Origin: an uncultured Phycisphaerales bacterium
GTDB taxonomy: Bacteria > Planctomycetota > Phycisphaerae > Tepidisphaerales > Tepidisphaeraceae
Length of the DNA: 64,000 nt
Direction of reading: 5' to 3'
Assembly: GCA_963755915.1 (NCBI GenBank)
Contig: CAVWLP010000002.1
Span: 3,520,001 to 3,584,000, forward strand
Part shown: one piece after another, positions 50,583-62,506 of the stretch
How the letters are laid out: each line of letters begins with the position of its first letter
Position numbering within the stretch: the first letter of the stretch is position 1
Position numbers and translations under genes: made by a program
The notes under the pieces: generated by a model
Told to the model about the DNA's origin: nothing
Seen by the model: only the letters and a program-made list of their open reading frames with translations
Databases searched by the model: none

Positions 50583-51566
50583 ATGCGGAGCGGAATCATA
50601 ACTTGTATTCTGGTTGTGGCGGGCGTTGCGGCAGTGGGTGGAAAGGCAACCGCTGATTCGATTGTCGCATGGGGTCTCGATACTTATGGTGAAGTTTCCG
50701 ATGTCCCAACGGGAGATAATTTCACCTCGATCGCCGCAGGCGCCTACGAGGCGTTTGCGCTGACTTCCGACGGCTCCATCGTCACCTGGGGCTATGATGG
50801 CCACGGCGAGATAAGCGGCGCGCCGATGGGGACCGGCTTCAAGCAAGTCGCCGCCGGCGACAATATGGCTTATGCCCTGACGGCCGACGGCTCGATCGTC
50901 GCCTGGGGTGATAACACCTACGACCAGGTCTCGGGCGCTCCGACGGGAACAGGCTACATCGCGATCTCAGCAGGATATTACTCCGGCTACGCGTTGAAGG
51001 CCGACGGCTCCATCGTCGCTTGGGGCCGCGACCAATATGGCGAAGTCTCTGACAAACCCACGGGAACCGGCTTTACCGCCATCGCGGGAGGCGATTTCTT
51101 CGCCTATGCCCTGACAGCCAACGGGTCCATCGACGCGTGGGGTAACGACTATTACTACGATCCAGTCTCCGGCACTCCCACGGGCACCGGCTTCACCGCC
51201 ATTGCCGCGGGCAACTTCAATGGGTTTGCCCTGACGTCCGACGGCGCCGTCGATGCGTGGAAATATGACTACTATGGCGACGTGTCCGATGCGCCGACGG
51301 GAACAGGCTTCACGGCCATCGCTGCGGGATACAACGGTGGGTACGCGCTGGGCACCGACGGCTCCATCACCGCTTGGGGTTATGACGGCGACGGAGCCAT
51401 CTCCGACACGCCCACGGGAACCGGGTTCCTCGCAATCGCAGCCGGCAGTTTTACCGGCTATGCGCTTACGCCCGTCCCCGAGCCGGCGCAAGTGGCAGTA
51501 CTGGCGCTAGGGGCATGGACGTTGACCAAACGCCCTGGCCGCCGGAACCCGATGACATTTACCTGA
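50583..51566 (+). CDS. PEP-CTERM protein with about 7 RCC1/BLIP-II-like repeats
   Basis: Tandem ~39-aa units 'GSIVAWG.D.YG.VS..PTGTGFTAIAAG....AL..D'; VPEPA. Confidence 0.85.
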   Translation: MRSGIITCILVVAGVAAVGGKATADSIVAWGLDTYGEVSDVPTGDNFTSIAAGAYEAFALTSDGSIVTWGYDGHGEISGAPMGTGFKQVAAGDNMAYALTADGSIVAWGDNTYDQVSGAPTGTGYIAISAGYYSGYALKADGSIVAWGRDQYGEVSDKPTGTGFTAIAGGDFFAYALTANGSIDAWGNDYYYDPVSGTPTGTGFTAIAAGNFNGFALTSDGAVDAWKYDYYGDVSDAPTGTGFTAIAAGYNGGYALGTDGSITAWGYDGDGAISDTPTGTGFLAIAAGSFTGYALTPVPEPAQVAVLALGAWTLTKRPGRRNPMTFT

Positions 51567-51937
51567 TCTTCGTGCCGTGGAGAGTCAATCGATCCGCGAT
51601 TCGCATTCGTCAGCGGCGTCAAATACTGGTCGAGAGAATATTCCCCACGGCAGAAGCGCGCACGCTATTCGTCAATCGCTGGCTTGCGTTACAGTACATG
51701 GGCGGGAGAAAAATGCAGAAGATGCGAGCTGAGAATCTTCGCGGCATCGGCCAAACCTTGATGGGGCTAGGCAAGGGGCTGGGCAAGGCGTGGTCTACGC
51801 TCGGCCACCGCCGGAAACGCCGCCGCAAAGTGAACATACTTCCGTGGGATGTTTGATTTTGATCGGGATTGGAAGATGAGAGAATTACTCACACTTCAAC
51901 GTGAGCGATATGTGAAGTGCAGTCCTGACACGTTTGC

Positions 51938-52790
51938 TCAGCGTATGGAATATGCGGAGCGGCTTATCGACCGCGGCTGAGAGATTCTCACGCACGGAAA
52001 ATGCTGCCGCCTGCGACGGCGAGCGAGCAGGGCCAGCGAGCCGATGGCCAGCAGGCTGGCCGATGCGGGCTCGGGCACGGCGCCGATCGCAGGCAGCGGC
52101 AATCCGTTCGCGAGGGCAAAGGAATCGAGGGCGGCGATGTCGGCTGAGGAGAAGGTTTCGTCCGCGCCGCTGTCGCCCTGGCCGAAGTTGGCGGCGAGGG
52201 CGGAGAAATCGGAGCCGTTGACTGAGCTGCCGTAGAGGAAGTTTCCCTGGTCCCAGTTGGTAACGCCGAGGCCGAAGTTGGCCGCGAGAATGCTGAAGTC
52301 GGAGCCATTGACAGTTCCGTCGAGGTTGGCGTCGCCGAGCAACGTGTACTTCAATTCGATTTGGCGCGAAGAAAGACCTGGGGCGACGCCATCCGCGCCG
52401 TCGGCGAAGCCGACGCCGTAGCGGAGGCCGTTGGTGGGGTTTTGGGCGGTGGACGAAATGATGCCGGGTCCATTCCAAGCTCCGCCGGCATAACCCGAAG
52501 TCAGCCATTGCGTCACCGACGATATGGGATCGGTCCCGGATCCATAATTGATGATGAAATGGTAATTTCTAATATCAGGGTTGAACCCGGCGCGACGGTG
52601 AGATTTCCCTGCGAACCGTCGCCAGAAAGCTGCACCAGCGTAGGACCTGTCCCGTTTCCTATCGTCAGTGAACCTTGCCCGGAGATCGCGCCAAGGATTG
52701 CCTCGCTACCGGTAACCGTTGCTTGTCCGCTGTTGGTGTTTCCCGAACCGATGGTGACGGTCGCACTTCCATGTGGAGTCGAGTTCACGT
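51938..52790 (-). pseudogene. C-terminal fragment of a dockerin-like/PEP-CTERM protein
   Basis: Same GDANLDG...VPEPA module as in genes 3239-5527 and 26639-28867; no signal peptide; frameshift near 52515-52560. Confidence 0.7.
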
Positions 52791-52943
52791 AAGCGGACCA
52801 TTTCCGGCGGGCCGCTGGCAACACCGATCAAGTGGCGCAAATTGCGGCGCACCAACCGCGTCCAACGGTGTCAAAGAGGAAAACGCCGAAGCGCAGAATC
52901 ACTGGGAAAACCGAGCGATTCGCAAAATTCGCAGAATGGGGGA

Positions 52944-53025
52944 TGGCCTCTTCGGAGTCGAACCGATACACCCTTGCGGGCATTGGATTTTGAGTCCAAC
53001 GCGTCTGCCAATTCCGCCAAGAGGC
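52944..53025 (-). tRNA. tRNA-Leu(CAA), with atypical acceptor and T stems
   Basis: D-arm GGCGGAATTGGCAGACGC, anticodon stem TTGGA-CTCAAAA-TCCAA, long variable arm, GGTTCGACTCC; acceptor GCCTCT/AGAGGC only 6 bp. Confidence 0.65.
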
Positions 53026-53494
53026 TGTTAGTTGAATTTGAAACGGAAAAACCGGCGTTTTGCACGGTATTCCCGAGCGATTCGCGGGATGTTACACGAT
53101 CGGATTTCACGCCGCCAGTGTTCGCCGTTGTTCGCTGAAATTCGCGGTTTGGTGGCAAGCTGGGTGACAAGGGAATCTTTTCTTCGTCCGTCACCCTATA
53201 GGACAGGTATGAATCAAGGCGCGATTTTGAGTTGTCTACGCAGGCAGATACAATCTTTTTTGCCTGTCGTTTTCGGAGGAATATTTGGGCTGGAAAGGGT
53301 CGCTATACATCTTTGGAGTGCCCTCGGATCATTTCTGCTCGAGATAATGATGAGGCGGCTTATAAAAAAGGCAAAGCACTCGAATTCGTCGAGTGGTGTT
53401 ATGGTCCCGACCTTGGCCTTGCGGCCCTCACAACCGGCGTAGTTCGCCTGCCCGTACTACCGCGTTCGATCGCCTCGAACATAGGAGATGCGAG

Positions 53495-55290
53495 ATGATT
53501 CAGGCGAATGCGACACAACGAGTCAGCGATTGGCTATCGAATCTGGCCTACGCGCTTGACCGGACAGATTATGCCGGGGCGGTCGGTCTGTTTGACACGG
53601 ATTGCTATTGGCGCGATCTGGTCTCGTTCACATGGAATATCAAGACGCTAGAGGGCAGGGACAGCATCAAGGCGATGCTGCAAGCCACAGTGCCGCTCGT
53701 CAAACCCGGTCATTGGCGCGTTGACGGCGAAGCCACCGAAGTCGGCGGAAACATCGAGGCGTGGTTCACTTTCGAGACGGCCGTCGCCAGGGGGAGGGGA
53801 TACGTCCGACTGAAGGCCGACAAGTGCTGGACATTGCTGACCACGATGACCGAGCTTAAGGGGTTCGAAGAGCGAAAAGGCGCGACGCGGCCCAAGGGCA
53901 CTGAGCATGGCGTACAGCGAGACCGAAAGAGCTGGCTGGAGCGCAAGAATCAGGAAGAAGCCGACCTGGGCTACACCCGGCAGCCTTATTGCGTGATCAT
54001 CGGCGGCGGCCAAGGCGGCATCGCAATGGGCGCACGACTGAAACGCCTGGGCGTGCCCACCATCATTATCGACAAGCATCCGCGTGCCGGCGATTCCTGG
54101 CGCAACCGGTATCGCTCCCTCTGCCTGCATGATCCGGTCTGGTACGACCATCTCCCTTATTTACCGTTCCCGGACGATTGGCCAGTTTTCGCTCCGAAGG
54201 ACAAGATCGGCGACTGGCTGGAAATGTACACCAGAATCATGGAGCTGAATTATTGGCATTCGACTGAATGTCAGGCGCAACCTACGACGAATCCCAAAAG
54301 GAATGGAAAGTCACCGTTAACCGCGCCGGCCAGACCGTCGTTTTGCGCCCCAGGCAGTTGATCCTGGCAACCGGCATGTCGGGCATTCCCAATATCCCGA
54401 AAATTCCCGGGACCGAAAGCTTCAAAGGAGATATCCACCACTCCAGCAAGCACCCAGGCGGGGAAAAATATCGCGGCAAGAAGTGCGTGGTGATCGGCTC
54501 GAACAATTCGGCCCATGACATCTGCGCCGACCTCTGGGAGCATGGCGCCGACGTGACCATGCTGCAGCGGTCTTCAACGCACATCGCTAAATCTGATTCG
54601 CTGATGGAGCTTGTGCTGGACGGCCTTTACTCGGAGTCGGCCGTGAAGAAGGGCATCACCACCGACATGGCCGACCTGATTTTTGCGTCGATTCCTTACA
54701 AGATCATGCACACGTTCCATATCCCGGCATTCAGGGAGATGGCCAAGCGCGACGCCGATTTCTATGCGCAGCTCACCAAGGCCGGCTTCATGCTCGACTT
54801 CGGCGAAGACGGCTCCGGCCTCTTTATGAAATATCTTCGGCGCGGTTCGGGCTATTACATCAACGTGGGCGCATCCGAATTGGTGGCTGACGGACGAATC
54901 AAACTCAAAAGCAAGGTTGGGATCGAGAAGATCACTGAACATTCGGTGGTTCTCAGCGACGGCGTTGAATTGCCTGCCGATTTGATTGTCTACGCCACCG
55001 GCTACGGATCGATGAACGGCTGGGCCGTCCGGATCATCTCTCAACAGGTCGCCGACAAGGTGGGCAAGTGCTGGGGTCTGGGTTCCGCGACAGCCAAAGA
55101 TCCAGGTCCGTGGGAAGGCGAACTGCGAAATATGTGGAAGCCAACTCATCAGCCGGCGCTTTGGTTCCACGGCGGTAATCTGCACCAGTCGCGACACTAC
55201 TCGCAGTTTCTGTCATTACAGATCAAGGCGCGGATGGAAGGCATCGCAACTCCGGTCTATGGCATGGGTGAAGTGCATCATTTGAGTTGA
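53495..55290 (+). CDS. Flavin-containing monooxygenase (TrkA/FMO-like; frameshift near 54270)
   Basis: GGGQGG, 'WRNRYRSLCLHDP', 'FKGDIHHSSKH', GSNNSAHD, ATGY. Confidence 0.9.
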
Positions 55291-56764
55291 CGGGCTGACG
55301 CAAGTTCCGATCCCAGCCGATGCCCCAGTCCTCACCCTCCTCTCCTGGTACTCGCACCTGTCCACTTTTACGCTCGCTCGGCGCCCGACTCCACCGTTGC
55401 CTTGACGACGCCCTCGATCATCTTCCGCACATCGGTGGGAAGTGTCGGCCAGGCGTCGACAACCGCTTGAAGTTCGGGGGCAATTGCGGGCTCTTTTTTT
55501 GGGCTTAGTGAGAAGCCAGCAGGCAAGGATTTTTTGAGTTTGTCCGTAACCTGTGCGTCTGTTTGTGATTGCGAGACGTTTTCGGCGCCAGTGGAAGCAT
55601 CGTCTGCGCGCCCATCCGTTTGGATGAAAGCCAGGACGGCAACGATGATCGACCACCAAATGCCGGCCAGCAGTGGTTGGGCGACACGTGGATTGTTTGG
55701 CATGCCGGCATGCTACCGATGATTGGGGGCAAGCGGGAGCTTCGCGGCGAGGCGATCACCCAAGGAGTTGGTTGGGCAATTTGGTCACCTGCGAAATGAG
55801 GGTATTCGCGTCCGGAACTCCAGGATGACTTTGCCGCGACGAATTCGGGCTCGATATTTGTCGAAACCCGATTGCCTTGGGACGGCTCTGGCCGTTGGGA
55901 AACCATCGGGGCCGACCGCGGTAGAAGTGCCCACAGCGTCAGCAACGGTCGACGATTACTTTGAAATAGAGGTGCCGACGAAGCTACCCACGCCATAGAC
56001 GATCACTTTTTGCCACCCAGGGCCCTTGCGGGGGGATCCGCCAAACCGTCCCTCCCGGGCCTCCATCCTTGGGCTTGGACCAAAGCAATGTCAAATCCGA
56101 TCATAAGTGTTGTCCAAAGGAGGTATTAGATGCGGCACAGACATTGAGAAGTCTTAAATAACGTTTTTTAATAAATGCTGGTTTAACAGATGGTAAAACC
56201 GCATTTTTAGTCGGTCAGCCGGGAATTACGACTTGCATTCAGCGCGGCGCCAATGGCGTTTGCAAGCGCCTAATTATGCCTCGGTAAGCGATCGCGGGAC
56301 ACGACTCTGAATCGTGGTTCGGCACATGTATAAATAACGTTTTTTAAGAAATAAGCCGATCTTTTTACGATTGATGCAACGAATCCGACCCCTAAAGGCA
56401 TTGGAAGGGCTGCCAGACCTCCCACAAGCGTCGTGGAGACCGGCAGTAACCTAGGCCAAATTGATCGCCCTCCGTGCTTATCGAGCGTCCTGGGTCGTTC
56501 TACAGGGCATCTGGGGGTTGTCTGTTGGGTTATGACTCCAGCGGCGACTTCCATCGCTCGTTTTAGTACGCTTTTTATCCGGCTCAGTCCGGTACACCCC
56601 CCGGAGTAGAAAGGAAAGCCAATGGCGGATCGGCGATACGGTAGACGAGTGGCCCTGGCGGTCAAGGAGATTCGCGACTTTCATTCGGTGGGTGCGAGAG
56701 CCTGGACGAGTTTCCCGATCGGTTTCCCCAGGGCGGTGCCGAGAAGGCGGCGGCGAAAGCCCGA

Positions 56765-57226
56765 ATGAACTCAGAGCGCCTCCGCAAAGCCCGTAACTTC
56801 GCCGCAGAATTCTCGAAGGGGGAGTTAAATCGGCTGTGCCGGGAGATCGAAGCGGGCGGGTTTCCGGTTCGCGTTCAACACGTCGTTCGGTTGCTGCGGC
56901 TGCCGGCAAGCCGGCGGCGGAAGTTCCTGCGTCAAACCATCGATCAAAAGTGGAGCTGCCGGCAACTGGCGACCGCCATCAAGCAGGCAACCGGAAGGCG
57001 GTCCCCCGCGGGAAGGCGACCTGGAGTGCACGATGCGGTGGCCGCCGTTCAAAAATTACGCGAAATCTGCGAGCAATGGCGACGGCTGCATCGGGTGATT
57101 TCCGGCCGCTGGATGAGTAAGAAAAACGGGCGGGCGATCGAGCTGCGCCCGAGCCTCGACAATGCGATTCAAAAGTGTGATGGAGCAATGCAAAAGCTGT
57201 ATGCGGCGCTGGGGCGGTTTCGGTAG
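56765..57226 (+). CDS. Hypothetical basic helical protein (start uncertain)
   Basis: 'KARNFAAEFS..EL..LC', 'KWSCRQLATAI'. Confidence 0.4.
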   Translation: MNSERLRKARNFAAEFSKGELNRLCREIEAGGFPVRVQHVVRLLRLPASRRRKFLRQTIDQKWSCRQLATAIKQATGRRSPAGRRPGVHDAVAAVQKLREICEQWRRLHRVISGRWMSKKNGRAIELRPSLDNAIQKCDGAMQKLYAALGRFR

Positions 57227-57769
57227 TTTTGGGCGGCGGGTTTGAGGTCGGGGGTTCGAAGCGGGGGGCCGTTATGTTACTCGTCGTATCGTAAAACTCG
57301 CGTTTTGGACGTGTTTTCGACGGGCGGCGTGAGCAAGGGTCGCATTTCTGGGTCGGGCGTTTGCCAGACTCAGCCCCGCTACCCCATCTTGCTTGTTGGT
57401 ACGGGTGCCGGAATTCCACTTCCGAAACCCGTCCCTCGAGGCGCAGTCGAGACCAAAAAGCCTTTGGCCGGCCCTCCGGGAACCGAATAAATGCTGTCGA
57501 GAAGTTGAAGTCGCCATATGGACAGAATTGGCTGATCGGGTAGTTGAACGCCAATGCCTTCATATCTGGCCGTGCCGTTGCCCAAGTTTTGTCGAGCATG
57601 GAGAGCGATCCCGACATATCGACCGAGTAGTCCGTCAAACACGGCGCGGGTAAGCCCGTCTCCCTCCACGCGTGCCGTTAAAATGCCAATGTCTGTTTCC
57701 GCACGCTTCACATAGACACCCCAATGATGCCAAATTAGTCCCTGCACGATGTACCGCATTAACTCGGCA

Positions 57770-58431
57770 AGGCGGTCCTTAATGGTGAGTCCTGGCGCCA
57801 CGATCAGAAAACCGCGACTGAATCTCTGGCTTTGGGGCCGGCGGACAGAATTGATGGTCTGCCATGCGATCAGCATGGCCATGACGGTGGTTTTGCCTGC
57901 GCCGGTTGCCAGCTTCAACGCGAGTCGGCTCAGTTCCGGGTTGTAATCGTTGTTCGCATCCTTCAGGTGTTCGGTGAAAAGCTTTCCGGCCTTGCCGGCA
58001 GCGGGAGCGACCTCGGTAAGCCAGATCGCCGTCTCAACAGCTTCGACCTGGCAGAAGAATGGCCTGACGCCATTGAATTCGTAAGTGCGCCAGTGCTGAA
58101 TGAGGCGGGCCGTTTCGGGCGTCACCTGCCAGTCACCTGGATTCGGAATTGAGCGCCAGCGATCGACCTGTTGCCGGCACTGGTTAATGATGGAGGTCGG
58201 ATCGTATTGCTGTTTTTCGTTCGAGAGGCCTTTGCCCTCGTCAAAGATGAGCGTTTGCTGCTTGGTGGGCTTCCGTTTACGCGGCTTTGGTATCGGCGTG
58301 ATGAAATCGGCGCGGCGGCGATTCTCAATGATTTTCTGCGTGGGCTGTCCGGACGGATCAAGTTCCCAATGCCGCGCTGGGCAGGCATAAGGTGAATTGA
58401 GGATCGGTTTTTCGAAGAAGGGGTTAGACAT
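57770..58431 (-). pseudogene. Type III restriction enzyme (Res) N-terminal fragment, fused in frame to unrelated sequence
   Basis: 'FFEKPILNSPY..P.RHWELD', 'RPFFCQVEAVET', 'KLATGAGKTTVMAM', 'APGLTIKDRL'; helicase motifs then stop abruptly. Confidence 0.8.
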
Positions 58432-58577
58432 TTATTCCATTCCTGGTCTTCTTCGCGGGAACCCGCTGCATGTCGGAGTATGGCTGCCGCATATGAACTG
58501 CGATTCGGCATATGCTATACATCCAAAAACGGCTAAAAGATATGTTACTGCCGCGGTGCCCACCTCGCTCATACCAT

Positions 58578-61188
58578 CTAACCTTCAACCTCGATCTCGG
58601 CTTCCGCTCCGACCTCAACTTCGCTCTGCAATTCAAGAACCGCCGCGCGCAGTGGCTCATAGATCGGTATCTCTTTCCCGACGATCTCGATGCTGACCGC
58701 CAAGGCATACGTTGCTGCCGATTCTGGGTCGCGACTCCAGCCGCGATGGCCGCGAACGGCAATACAAAAATCCGTGGGCAACTGGTTCGATTTGACAATT
58801 GTCCAGTCTTTTTGAACTGTGCCCACGCCACGGCGCACACCGGGAAGTCGGCCATTCGCCCCGGTTGTGCCGATCGTCCAGTGGAAGCTGGAACCTTGCT
58901 GGACGGCGTCTTCGTCGGTCTTGAGCGCTCGATTGAGAAAGGTCGTGAGTAGCTCACCCTTGCGACTGGTCACCCAGTCAAGCCACGTGGAGAGATAGCC
59001 GCGTGTGCGCCGGCGAGTGCGTCGGGGTTCGGCGACGTAGGAGAGTGTTACTTCAATTCGGATGTCGTAGTCATCGCCGGGACGGCGAAGTTCCTCTGGG
59101 ATGGGAACCTGATAGACATGACAATCGCCGGCCGTGATTTCGCACTCTGAGCTGGTGATGAAGGTGGTGCGGTGATCGGTATTGGTCGTCGCGCGTTCAA
59201 CATTGGGAATGCCATAGCCGATGCGGCGAAGCAAGTGCGCTTGTTGTTCAACCGTTAGCGCGTCGGCCCATTCCGGCCATTGGGCGGACTGGACGATCAA
59301 TGCCCGGTAAAGCAGGCACGAAGCATCCGGCAGCGTCGATTGCAACTTTGCTGCCACGCGCGTCACCTTGGGCGCGGCAAAGGAGGTTCCGACCTCATCG
59401 CGAGAGAATGCAGGACCGCCGTTGCGCGTTGATCGTGCCAGTTCTGGATAACATTCGCGCCCGATGTCGGGCGTGCCAACAGTCGGGGGCATACCTGCCG
59501 ATACAAGGCAATCACCGCCAAATTCTACAACTTCGGGTTTGATCGAGTCCCAGATGCCAAGGCCACTACGACTGAACGCGGAAGAATCGCCCGCTTCGGT
59601 GGCGATGCTGCGCCAGCCGGTCCCTTCAAAGGAGCCGTAGGCGACTGACCCGACTGTGAGGGCCTGAAGGCTCTGGCCGGGATTGGCAACCCGGCAGGCC
59701 GGTTCCGTAAGGTAAGTCGGGTGTCGTCGGCCATTGGCCAGCATTTCCGCGATGCCGAGCAACGGCGCTTGCCGCGACGTTTTGAGATTGCCCGCGCTCT
59801 GGATAACGAGAATATCGTAGTCGTGACAGAGCGAATCGATCTCCGCCGCCCAGGCTGACATATGCCTCTGCCGTGCCGGCGAATTCGCATTGATCGAGTG
59901 ATTGAAGATGCGAGTCTTGCGTTTCCCCTTATGGTAATGCACCACTACGTCACGGATAACGGCGGGCGGAAACATTGATTCAGACAACATGCAGTTTTCG
60001 TCTAAGACCCGCGCATTCTGCACCCACGCATCCAGTTCGATGCGGCCGTCTTTCGCCAACTCTTCGCCATGCAGGACGGCTCCTGCGACGCGCGTACCGT
60101 GACCGCCGTTGGCAACGTAATCCGCAATATCCGTGGTGGCCTTTTCAGGATCGAAACAATGGGAACTGGATTTATCGATGCCAGGTTCAAGCCAAAGGTG
60201 TTCTTCCTGGATACCGCTATCTACAACGCACACCACTGGCGCGCCGGGAGCGGGTGCAATGATTTCGAGCTGAGCGGCGATTTGCGCTTCTTCTCGGCGA
60301 ATCTGCTGCGGTGTCTCGATGTCGTCGGGTTCTGCGACTTCAAAGATGTAGGCGAAATTTAGCACAAGGTCCTTGAGTGCTTTTCCGTGAAGCTTAAGTC
60401 TTAGTGTGAAACTGTCAGGCAGGGTCGGCGCTTCCGCCTTGTAATCATCGAAATTCCCCAAGATTTCAGCGTCGTAGTGATTGATGATGTCACCAACGGC
60501 AGTCAAACGCTCATCGCGCAACGCGTCCCATTTGTCATAAGCGTCCTGACGCAAGCGCGACCATTCGGCGTGTTTCCGTGCCCATGTCTGTTGCTTGAGC
60601 CTGCCGCGTTTCGGTTTCTTTGGGATCTGCCAGGTCCCGACACATGCCACGCCGACTTCGACGATGTAATCGGCGACGTCGGCAATCGTCGGCCAGTCGT
60701 TGAAAAGTGTATCGCTGAGAATGCGACGGAGACGCTCTTCTTGATTCGGGTCATCACGCAACTCATGGATGCGTGCGACATTCGATGAGCCTTCGATACT
60801 GGCGATGAAGTCAGTGAGTTTCGCCTGGAAGCTGGTGAGCGAAACGTCGCCGGACGCCACGATGACGAAGCCATCCTCCTGCTCTGAGACAATTTCAAAC
60901 TCAAAGAAATGGCGAAGATCATCCAGATCGAGCGATGGATCAATCTTCAGCAGTAAGGGAATACCATCGAGTTTCGGAAGTCCTGCCTGCTCGCGCACGG
61001 TCTGGCGCGTCTTCCAGCCGGTAGTTACCGTCCCGACACTGGCCCCAAGGGCTGCACTATGGCCCGCTCGGTTGTTCCGATTGGCTGCGGTCGCAGGGTC
61101 TTGCGCCACAGCGCCGGGAGGAAAACGCAGCTGGAGCGCGATCGCGCAATACGAGCGTAAGATGCTCAAAATTGTGACCTGCCGGCAT
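58578..61188 (-). CDS. S8 subtilisin-like serine peptidase (IetS type); likely start at 61188 with an early frameshift
   Basis: Catalytic VDSG, HGTRVAG, SAGN and GTSFAAP motifs; directly downstream of an AAA ATPase. Confidence 0.9.
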
Positions 61189-61191
61189 ATA

Positions 61192-62199
61192 TTAACCCCC
61201 GTGAGATTTGCCGTCGGCACGCTTCAACTCCGAAATTGCATGTTGCAGGTTGGCGAGCGTGATCGCTTTTCTTCCGCCAAGGACAGCGGCCTTTGCCGCG
61301 TCCTGCGCCGCTTTGACCACCATCGCGGCGGATGCACCTTCAAGTGATGCAACCAACTTGCTCCAGTCCACTGGCTCGGCGACTTGTACTGCCGATAGCG
61401 TGGTCCGCAGAAGTTTTTCGATTTCCTCGCATCCGGGAAGCGGCACTTGAAACACATCATCGAATCGGCGAAAGAGCGCCTCGTCTAATGAGGATTCGAT
61501 GTTCGTCGTTGCGACCAGCAGACCGGGAGCGTCGTATTCTTCCATGAGTTGGAGCAGCGAGTTTACAATGCGGGACACTTCGCCAATGTCCTTAGAGTGC
61601 GTGCGCGATCGGGCAATAAAATCACACTCGTCGAGAAGCAGGACGCAAGGACGTTCTTTCGCTGCGATGAATATGGAGCGAAGGTTCGACGCGGACTCAC
61701 CAAAGTACGAAGAGATGAGCGCATCAAAGCGTACCTTCATCAGCGGCAGTCCGGTGTTCCACGCGAGGCGCTTGGCCCCAAGTGATTTTCCGCAGCCGGG
61801 CGCACCGTAAAGCAGGATTGTCTTGCGTGGGCGCAGGCCGTAAGCGCCCAGCCGTTCCCGCGCAGCGAATTCACACTCGATGCGGGCGAAGCGTTCCTCT
61901 GTGGCCGGCGGCAACACCATGTGGTGTTCGAGCGACTCGCGAGGGATGACGGTCATCAACGACTCGCCATGCCTGCGGCTTAGCGGGAGTTCGCGGAATG
62001 AGCGATCTGTTTCGGGAGGTCGTTCATTTCCATTCTTACGTTCTGACGGCTGTTTTAGAATAGATTCTAGTTGATCGGCAAGTTTGTTGTGACCCGTGCG
62101 CCGCTCGTCCTCGACGATTTTATGCGCCAGTCGGTTCAGATCGGGCTGTGATCCGCTGGCGATGGCTCGGACAACTCTCTTTAAGATTTCAGCGTTCAT
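61192..62199 (-). CDS. AAA+ ATPase (IetA type)
   Basis: GAPGCGKS, 'SSYFGESASNLR', LLDE, 'TTN...LDEALFRRFD'. Confidence 0.92.
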   Translation of the reverse strand: MNAEILKRVVRAIASGSQPDLNRLAHKIVEDERRTGHNKLADQLESILKQPSERKNGNERPPETDRSFRELPLSRRHGESLMTVIPRESLEHHMVLPPATEERFARIECEFAARERLGAYGLRPRKTILLYGAPGCGKSLGAKRLAWNTGLPLMKVRFDALISSYFGESASNLRSIFIAAKERPCVLLLDECDFIARSRTHSKDIGEVSRIVNSLLQLMEEYDAPGLLVATTNIESSLDEALFRRFDDVFQVPLPGCEEIEKLLRTTLSAVQVAEPVDWSKLVASLEGASAAMVVKAAQDAAKAAVLGGRKAITLANLQHAISELKRADGKSHGG

Positions 62200-62245
62200 G
62201 ATGTCCTTGCCTTTCTGCATTCGGGGCGTCTTGGAAAAGCTGCGG

Positions 62246-62506
62246 TCATGGACGAGCCTCCACAAGCGCACGCCGGCGAGGCGCCGACGTTGCTGTGCGG
62301 GAAAGCACATAGTGCCATGAATCGTTCTTCCGCACGGACTGGATGTCGTGCCCCCGTTCCCTCAGTGCGGTGACATCGCGAGAAACCGTGGGAATCGATA
62401 CGCCAACTTGTTCGGCAATCCTCGGCGTGGAGTATTCGCCGGAACGAATCAGGTGTAAGACCGTGTCGAGCCGGCGTTCGATGTCCAATGATCGCTGATA
62501 CAGCAT
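62246..62506 (-). CDS. Winged-HTH (HTH_11) regulator
   Basis: 'YSTPRIAEQVGVSIPTVSRDVTALRERG'. Confidence 0.75.
   Translation of the reverse strand: MLYQRSLDIERRLDTVLHLIRSGEYSTPRIAEQVGVSIPTVSRDVTALRERGHDIQSVRKNDSWHYVLSRTATSAPRRRALVEARP

Larger units (their letters stand above)
46838..55615. mobile_element. Integrative island 3 at the tRNA-Val 3' end (decayed; right boundary uncertain)
   Basis: Integrase + excisionase next to the tRNA; island-end 'DAWP' ORF near 55400; only a 7-bp CGCCCAT match at 55609-55615. Confidence 0.45.

Noticed and set aside
50650-51470. Tandem ~117-bp DNA repeats as a non-coding array
   Set aside because: Fully explained by in-frame RCC1-like protein repeats.
55609-55615. 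CGCCCAT as a firm attR of island 3
   Set aside because: A 7-bp match is expected by chance; kept only as a tentative boundary.
5540-61188. Many frameshifted genes (lgt, GH35-like, cassettes 2 and 3, peptidase, IS1380, XRE-ImmA, FMO, S8) read as programmed frameshifting or mass pseudogenisation
   Set aside because: They affect unrelated genes, including normally essential lgt, often near homopolymers. Sequencing indels are the simpler explanation; a read check is needed.
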